Positions 58,369-64,000 of a stretch of DNA of 64,000 nucleotides are shown one piece after another (the first letter of the stretch is position 1; each line of letters starts with the position of its first letter). Under the pieces are notes generated by a model. The model did not search any database. It was not told the DNA's origin and worked only from the letters and a program-made list of their open reading frames with translations. The stretch is from positions 1,527,252-1,591,251 of the forward strand of contig JADJXG010000001.1 in the NCBI GenBank assembly GCA_016715965.1, in the 5' to 3' direction. The position numbers and the translations under genes are program-made. The DNA comes from Saprospiraceae bacterium (GTDB lineage: Bacteria; Bacteroidota; Bacteroidia; Chitinophagales; Saprospiraceae).

Positions 58369-59462
58369 TGGGTTCTTCTTCTTAATGCGTCTTCAATGAT
58401 TTCCAAAATCATTTGAGAAAAAGTATGTCCGCTGAATCTAAGGATAGCGCCGATGCTCGTAAAATTTTCATCCTCACTTAATCCGCACTGAGCGTTGGCT
58501 TCCAACACATACAACTCACCGGTTTTTTCTTTTTGTCGAATATCAATTCTGGTGTAGCCAGTACCTTTCAAACAATGGTAAACATCCAAGCTGAGTTTAT
58601 GGAGTGGATCGATCATTGCTGATTCGCAAGCAGAATAATTAAACAGAAATTCTCCTCCCTCTAATTCATCTTCTTCTTCATAAGTTTCCCACAATCTGTC
58701 AAATGATAAAATTCTTTCTGTGGCGGGGATATTTTGGCTAAACAATCTTTCGACCGGAGGATAGATTTTCAAGAACTTTGGTTGGTGAGCGGATCCTGTC
58801 AACAGGGTGGTAAATTCGCGTCCATCGATAAACTCCTCTGCTAAAAATCCATCAATGTCGAGTTTCCATCCCTTGTACCCGTTTTTCAATGATTCATAAA
58901 CTTTCAACGCATCTTCGACTGTGTAAACCACATTCTTTATTCCCAAACCCATGCTTCCTCCGGATACAGCAGGCTTGATAATCAAGGGTGCATTGAGCTT
59001 ATAAAAAATTTCCTGAAATTGGTCTTGATGACCCGTCAAAATCTCCCATCTGGGAGTTTTAATCCCTGAAAGATCAAATAACTTTTTCATGGGAATTTTG
59101 GAAGTGGTAATCTCATAGAAGAATTCTCCGGCTCCAGTATAAACCATACCCATTTGCTCCATTTCCTGCACAAATTTTAAACCAGGAGCTCCATTCACTT
59201 CATCTCCATCGCAAAGGTTTATGATTAATGGATTTTTGGGCAGAGACTCTTGCTTTATTAATTCCAATTGTTCTATGTAATTGGATTGGGTAATGTATCT
59301 CCATTTCCAATCCAAACCCAATTCCATAAAACACTTTTTGTATTCAGCATGACTTTGCTCAAAATCATAATAGTATTCCAAATAGTCATCATGATGAGGT
59401 ATAGAAGGAACAAGTACCCAGATCAAATATTCTTGTCTAATTTCAGCTATCGAGGTATTCAC
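58365..59462 (-). CDS. D-Ala-D-Ala-ligase-like ATP-grasp ligase
   Basis: PLIIKPAVSGGSMGLGI, EEFIDGREFTTLL, GYTRIDIRQKEKTGELYVLEANAQCG. The start is uncertain: GTG 59462 or TTG 59426. The six-frame ORF extends to 59636 but overlaps the SET gene. The stop overlaps the next ATG (ATGA). Confidence 0.75.
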   Translation of the reverse strand: MNTSIAEIRQEYLIWVLVPSIPHHDDYLEYYYDFEQSHAEYKKCFMELGLDWKWRYITQSNYIEQLELIKQESLPKNPLIINLCDGDEVNGAPGLKFVQEMEQMGMVYTGAGEFFYEITTSKIPMKKLFDLSGIKTPRWEILTGHQDQFQEIFYKLNAPLIIKPAVSGGSMGLGIKNVVYTVEDALKVYESLKNGYKGWKLDIDGFLAEEFIDGREFTTLLTGSAHQPKFLKIYPPVERLFSQNIPATERILSFDRLWETYEEEDELEGGEFLFNYSACESAMIDPLHKLSLDVYHCLKGTGYTRIDIRQKEKTGELYVLEANAQCGLSEDENFTSIGAILRFSGHTFSQMILEIIEDALRRRTQ

Positions 59463-59955
59463 TTTTTTTCCTGAGGATATGATTACTGATTTTGTATCGA
59501 AGCAATTTTGATAGATCAATGCTATAAGCACCTTTGATAGATTGAAAACAATCTGCCGAATGGCAAAAACAATCAAACGCCTGATCCATCTTCCATTCGG
59601 TGGACGGATAAAAATAACAAAGTTGTTCTCCTGCATTAATATCAGTCAGGGCAATCAATTGGAAACTGTCAGGATCTGGGAAACAATTGGGAGAACAGGA
59701 ATGGTTAAGGTATTGAAGAAATTCTGGTTGAAGTTCAATGTGTTGCTGGTCGTTGATTTGGATGGTGAGATAAGTAGGAGAATCCAAAATCACCGAAGCA
59801 CCGAATTTTTGGAGTACCTCCCCTTCTTTACAAAATCGCTTTGCAAACAATCCTTTTTGTTGATTGCTGGGGTTGATTCTTAGTTCTATGCTTTTGTTAC
59901 ATTGTGTTAAAGGAACCCATTCTCTGGGATTCACTTCAACGATTGGATCAGGCAT
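59443..59955 (-). CDS. stand-alone SET-domain protein with post-SET Cys motif
   Basis: 170 aa with KGLFAKRFCKEGEVL, NHSCSPN, GEQLCYFY and CFCHSADC. ATG at 59955. Confidence 0.75.
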   Translation of the reverse strand: MPDPIVEVNPREWVPLTQCNKSIELRINPSNQQKGLFAKRFCKEGEVLQKFGASVILDSPTYLTIQINDQQHIELQPEFLQYLNHSCSPNCFPDPDSFQLIALTDINAGEQLCYFYPSTEWKMDQAFDCFCHSADCFQSIKGAYSIDLSKLLRYKISNHILRKKSEYLDS

Positions 59956-60130
59956 CCGTTTTTTTTTGTAAAGATGATATTATTCCTTAATATGGATCAA
60001 TAATTATCACCCAAACTTTATTCTTATCAATGAAGGATTTTTATGTCATTGATAACCAGAATATTTAATCTGCTCTTCAGCTTGAACATTTCACCTGAAG
60101 GAGCTTAACTTTAGTTATTCTAAGCTTGGA

Positions 60131-61150
60131 TTATTTCAGGCCCAACAAAAACCCAATGGTAAAATTGGCATCCCAATCAAAGATAAAATTTTTGCAGCCG
60201 GTTTCATCTGCTATCGCTTTGTAAATATTGATACCAGCCTTTTGCTTTTCTCCGCTCGTAGAATATTCCGAAGGAGATTTAAGTACAGTGTACCTTTCTT
60301 TGCCATTTCGCACTTGTTTGGCCAATTCAAAAGGAATTCCGCCAATGATAAAACAATAATCTCTATGACTGACCGGGACTTGTCCCACAACTTTGGAAAC
60401 ATCGGAGGCAACCTGGCTATCTGATAGTCCTTTTTGAAAATATTTGGATCCATGGGATTCCAATGCGGTCATCTTACCAGCTAACTTAAAGGCAATTTTG
60501 GTATTGCCGGAGCCCATGTCCACCATAAATGCTTTGTCTTCAAAACTACTTGGCAAGGCACATTGGAAACCATAGGTTCCTTCCTGGGCGGGTGTTACTT
60601 CATTGACATAATAACCTATCTCCTTTAATCCTTTGGCTATTCTCACCACCTTTTCTTCGTTTTTCGCACCGGAACTCACTACAAAGTGTATGTCCTTGCC
60701 GGCCACCCCATAATCAAGCATTCCCCGGATATAATTTTTCAGACCGCTGCGAATATCGTCATCTGTAACCATTTTTTCATGCACTAAACTGGATCCAAAC
60801 TCTGCTTTTTCCAATTTCCATCTTTTCTGATCATCAATCAAAACAATAAAGGAGTTAAATCCTGCAGCACCAAGTTCAACAACACCCCTGAGTTTTCCAT
60901 TTACAGGAACCGGGGCCGTGTAGTTAAAAGAAGTGCTTGTGGCAGTGCCTGACGCCTGTTCTGTACCATTTGGATTGCTATTCTCGGCGCTTGCTTCTGT
61001 ATTCGGACTTTCAGTACCGGATGGTGCATTAGAATTGGATTGAACTCCAAATTTTTCCTGAAGCGTCGGTTCATATTTCTTATAGACAAAAAACAAACCA
61101 CCCAAGATGATGGCAATGATCAGGATTTTTGAAAAAGCAGTTAGTTTCAT
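60131..61150 (-). CDS. membrane-anchored ASKHA-fold phosphatase-like protein (Ppx/GppA- or NTPDase-like)
   Basis: N-terminal TM helix (MKLTAFSKILIIAIILGGLFFVY), a low-complexity S/T/N/P linker, and ASKHA phosphate motifs VVELGAAGFNSF and MVDMGSGNTKIAF. Confidence 0.5.
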   Translation of the reverse strand: MKLTAFSKILIIAIILGGLFFVYKKYEPTLQEKFGVQSNSNAPSGTESPNTEASAENSNPNGTEQASGTATSTSFNYTAPVPVNGKLRGVVELGAAGFNSFIVLIDDQKRWKLEKAEFGSSLVHEKMVTDDDIRSGLKNYIRGMLDYGVAGKDIHFVVSSGAKNEEKVVRIAKGLKEIGYYVNEVTPAQEGTYGFQCALPSSFEDKAFMVDMGSGNTKIAFKLAGKMTALESHGSKYFQKGLSDSQVASDVSKVVGQVPVSHRDYCFIIGGIPFELAKQVRNGKERYTVLKSPSEYSTSGEKQKAGINIYKAIADETGCKNFIFDWDANFTIGFLLGLK

Positions 61151-61298
61151 ATTAACAAGTTTTGTGTGTTTGGCAGAAGAATTGAACAAATATCCATGCG
61201 AAAATACAACTGGTCGCCAAATTGATGAAAGAATTGTTTGTTATTTAAGGTTAAGAATCTGTAAATCAATAAGATTTATTTAGACCTAAATGGCGTAA

Positions 61299-61331
61299 AT
61301 TAAAAAAGGCCGGAGTAATACTCCAGCCTTT
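61299..61331 (-). terminator. intrinsic terminator of the PDZ/T9SS gene
   Basis: The minus strand reads aaaggctggagt-att-actccggccttt followed by ttttaa. This gives a 12-bp stem with one G-U pair. It lies about 80 nt after the stop at 61410. Confidence 0.7.
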
Positions 61332-61409
61332 GATTTGCTACAAATCCCTGCTAAACCTATAATGCGATATTGGATTAGTTTTTGAGGCATTATTTGGGCA
61401 AAACCCCAC

Positions 61410-62492
61410 TCATTCGATGATGATTTTTTCCTGCAATACCTTTTCACCCTGGGTAATTTTGAGTACAACTGTTCCCTTGGCGTGTTCAATGTTAATTTCC
61501 TTTTCGTAGTTTCCATTAAAGTCATTTACTTTCTCGGAGTATATTTCTTTACCTGAGAGATCCACCACAGAGACATGGATGGGTGATTTAGAACCAGAAT
61601 AAGAAATTTTTAAAAGCCCCTGACTTGGGTTGGGTGATCCTGAAAGATACCTGATTTCAAGATTTTCTGAGGACTCCTGTTGAGAGGATTCATTTTTCTG
61701 TTTCCACTCCATTTCGAGTTCCTGCTTCAGCTCTTTTGCCTTCTCTTTCAATTTAATGGCTTCTTCTTTAAGCTCTTTTGCGCCCTCTCTCATCTGTTGC
61801 TTGAATTCTTCAGAATCAAAATGAAAATTTTTAAAGCCAGCCGGTTTGCACATTTCAGGAGTGCAGGCGCCAAGCGTTACATTGGTTTTTTCTGTTTCAC
61901 CATTGCGCAGATAACTGACTTTGATTTTGTCATTAATTTTTAATCCGGATAGGGCTCCTATCGCGGACTCAACATCGGTAATTTTGGTGTTGTTGATTTT
62001 TAAGATAATATCACCTTCCTTCAATCCGGCGGCACTGGCACCACTGCCTTCAAAAATGCGTTCAATGGCAGCACCATTGGCGCCACCTGCATTTCTTAAG
62101 ACGACTCCCATCACAGCCTTGTCTGGAGGACATTCAGCACCTGCCTTGGCACAGCATTTGCCTTTGGATTTGGCACAACAAGCTGATTTGCCTTCATTCT
62201 TGAAAACAATGACTTTATCATCCCCGTCAATGACCATGTTTTGATTTTCTCCATTTTTCCGGACGATGACCTTTACATCACCATCCGCCCCAGCTTCTTT
62301 CAATTCCGCTTCCACCATTTTTTGAATCTCCTCATCTGTCATGTTGTTTTGGTCTCCTCTGGAGATTTTTTTCACAATGATTTTCTTCTCCGTTTTTTCA
62401 GCGTTTTGATCTTTCGAATCGGAGGAATTGTTTTGTGCTTGCAAGGTCAATATGCTGCACATCATTATTAATGCAAAAAAACTTTTTTTCAT
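61410..62492 (-). CDS. secreted PDZ-domain protein with Cys-rich motif and T9SS C-terminal domain
   Basis: Signal peptide. CCAKSKGKCCAKAGAEC lies at about 62128-62190. PDZ region: GVVLRNAGG...GLKEGDIILKINNTKI...ETEKTNVTLG. There is a K/E coiled region. The C-terminus reads SPNPSQGLLKISY...GTVVLKITQG. Confidence 0.75.
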   Translation of the reverse strand: MKKSFFALIMMCSILTLQAQNNSSDSKDQNAEKTEKKIIVKKISRGDQNNMTDEEIQKMVEAELKEAGADGDVKVIVRKNGENQNMVIDGDDKVIVFKNEGKSACCAKSKGKCCAKAGAECPPDKAVMGVVLRNAGGANGAAIERIFEGSGASAAGLKEGDIILKINNTKITDVESAIGALSGLKINDKIKVSYLRNGETEKTNVTLGACTPEMCKPAGFKNFHFDSEEFKQQMREGAKELKEEAIKLKEKAKELKQELEMEWKQKNESSQQESSENLEIRYLSGSPNPSQGLLKISYSGSKSPIHVSVVDLSGKEIYSEKVNDFNGNYEKEINIEHAKGTVVLKITQGEKVLQEKIIIE

Positions 62493-62516
62493 TTGAGTAT
62501 AATTTATAAGTTAACT

Positions 62517-64000
62517 TTAATTGATTACAGAGCCATCGGTATTATAAAGTCCATGATTGGGAATGGAATTTCGGATATTTTTTAATTCCTCAAGTAGCAT
62601 CAACTTGTTTCTATTTTCTTTGCTTCTTCTAAATGCCTCAGATTCTGATATCACCCTTAAATTTCTTAAGTTTGATTGCAAGGCCTCTTCCGTGATAAGC
62701 TGTATCCATTTTTTTAAGTCTGTTCTCTGATCAATAAGCATTGGTTCGAGATATTCGCTTTTAATGGTCATGGCGTATTGATTAAAACGGATTGTTTTTA
62801 AAGAATCTTTAAACGCAATGGGTTTTTCTTGAGCTTTTAATGGATTGTATTCGTTGATTGGAATTTGGAGGTTTGGATTGGGTAAATCCTTTGACTCCAA
62901 ATGAAGAACTATTTCTGTGCGATCTCTTTGGTCAATCTCATTTATATTTTTTGTTGGTTTGGCTTTTATCTTACTTTTTACTTTTTTTCTTTTTATCACA
63001 TCACTTTTAAGAGATTCACCAGAATTATCGGCGCACTCGACTGAAGAAAAGCCCAACAAATGATTGGTTTGAGTCTGTAGGAAATGAGCAGTAAACTTTT
63101 GTGAATCCATAAATACAGAAACCATTGCTAGAAAAGCACTGAGAAATATAAATCCCGGAATTTTATAAGAATAGTCCATTGGTACCGGTAATCTCAACAA
63201 ATTTTTAACTCTTTTGAGAAGTTGATTCTTCTCTGTGGCAAAAGCAACAATGCGATGATGATTGTTAAGCGAAGGATCTTCTCCAAGCTTCAGGATCAAT
63301 GAGGCATAGGCATGTAGATCTGGTAAAAAGCTGACCGCTTGTTCGTCTGCACAAAGCTCACGGTGAAATTTAACTTTCGAACTTAAGTATTGAACACCCG
63401 GATTAAAGAAAAATACCAGATCGCAAAAGTGACAGATCAGATTAAAAACATGATCACCGGCTTTAAGATGGGACAATTCATGTGCTAGAATACACTCAGC
63501 CTCCTGATACGAAAGTTTGTTGACCCAGCAAGTGGGGACAACCACCATTGGTTTGAGTACACCATAGACAAAGGCAGACTGAACTTTGTTGGAATGCAAG
63601 AAAATAATTTTGACTGGAATCGCCATTTTTGATTTCAAGCTTTCAAAAATTTGGTACCAGTGTTCCGGAAAATGATGACCCCCATTGTTTTTAATTTCAG
63701 AGATATATCGATAGGATCTAATGTACCTCATTCCGAAATAGGCAAAACCGATCAGCCAGATTCCAAATGCCAATACACCAAAATTGGAATTTGAGAAATC
63801 CCCGGAAATGGCAATGAAAGGTAAAATGTTCAGGATTTCTAAATATTCCAGAACAAATGATGCAGACACGCAAAAAACAAAAAAGACCAACACGCTCTTG
63901 TAAAGTGCATTTCTTGCGTGATTGCTTTGGATTAATTTTGATTTTTCAATCAGCATAATCACGCCAGTGAGAAATCCGGCTATCCACAAGGAATGAAGCA
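62517..64000 (-). CDS. BlaR1-like M56-family membrane metalloprotease/signal transducer (5' end at or beyond window edge)
   Basis: TM helices and zinc motif HELSH in ILAHELSHLKAGDH (63468-63482). The frame is open to base 64000. The C-terminal 200 aa lack any PBP/SxxK sensor motif. Confidence 0.75.
   Translation of the reverse strand, partial: LHSLWIAGFLTGVIMLIEKSKLIQSNHARNALYKSVLVFFVFCVSASFVLEYLEILNILPFIAISGDFSNSNFGVLAFGIWLIGFAYFGMRYIRSYRYISEIKNNGGHHFPEHWYQIFESLKSKMAIPVKIIFLHSNKVQSAFVYGVLKPMVVVPTCWVNKLSYQEAECILAHELSHLKAGDHVFNLICHFCDLVFFFNPGVQYLSSKVKFHRELCADEQAVSFLPDLHAYASLILKLGEDPSLNNHHRIVAFATEKNQLLKRVKNLLRLPVPMDYSYKIPGFIFLSAFLAMVSVFMDSQKFTAHFLQTQTNHLLGFSSVECADNSGESLKSDVIKRKKVKSKIKAKPTKNINEIDQRDRTEIVLHLESKDLPNPNLQIPINEYNPLKAQEKPIAFKDSLKTIRFNQYAMTIKSEYLEPMLIDQRTDLKKWIQLITEEALQSNLRNLRVISESEAFRRSKENRNKLMLLEELKNIRNSIPNHGLYNTDGSVIN

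Noticed and set aside
56923-59462. The two Ddl-like ATP-grasp genes as a mycosporine-like amino acid (MysC/MysD-type) cluster
   Set aside because: No dehydroquinate-synthase-like/EEVS gene and no O-methyltransferase gene is adjacent. The methyltransferases present are SET domains, which do not fit that pathway.
61286-61525. 79-aa minus-strand ORF overlapping the PDZ gene 3' end and its terminator
   Set aside because: It overlaps a well-supported gene and a terminator hairpin, and it has no motifs.

Overview
This is a 64-kb chromosomal segment that looks like Bacteroidota. Six proteins end in T9SS/Por-type C-terminal sorting domains. TAnnTTTG (-7 box) motifs sit 18-65 nt upstream of many start codons. 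DUF2480-, DUF2851-, DUF4386- and GldE-like genes are present. The backbone is housekeeping: murI, two ompH/skp paralogs, scpB, tadA, guaB, prfA, mreB-mreC-mreD-mrdA-folA, lpxK, murA and parC, plus a tricorn-like protease and an M16 peptidase. There are three signalling modules: HisKA_3 kinase with a NarL-type regulator, LytS-like kinase with a LytTR regulator, and a BlaR1-like M56 sensor. I saw no rRNA, tRNA, CRISPR array or intact mobile element. The only mobile-element trace is a decayed IS200/RayT-like Y1 transposase gene (12821-13403). The best candidate for an undescribed system is the minus-strand operon 56923-59955. It encodes a stand-alone SET/post-SET methyltransferase, then a D-Ala-D-Ala-ligase-like ATP-grasp enzyme, then a second ATP-grasp enzyme fused to a second SET/post-SET domain, with overlapping gene junctions. 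This suggests a coupled amide-ligation and methylation pathway with an unknown substrate. The second candidate is an A+T-rich accessory cluster (about 27.1-35.5 kb). It holds a divergent HTH regulator, a T9SS cargo protein, a secreted GxSxG lipase-like hydrolase with a roughly 270-aa Cys-rich insert, two tandem paralogous beta-propeller lipoproteins and an outer-membrane barrel. Other observations are a 1278-aa T9SS protein combining cohesin-like and dockerin-like modules, two single-base homopolymer frameshifts that split otherwise intact genes, a MurA with Asp at the fosfomycin-target Cys position, a 21-bp-period direct repeat in the LytTR divergent promoter region, and a BlaR1-like protein without a penicillin-binding sensor domain. 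All calls come from reading the translations and sequence by eye; no database search was run.
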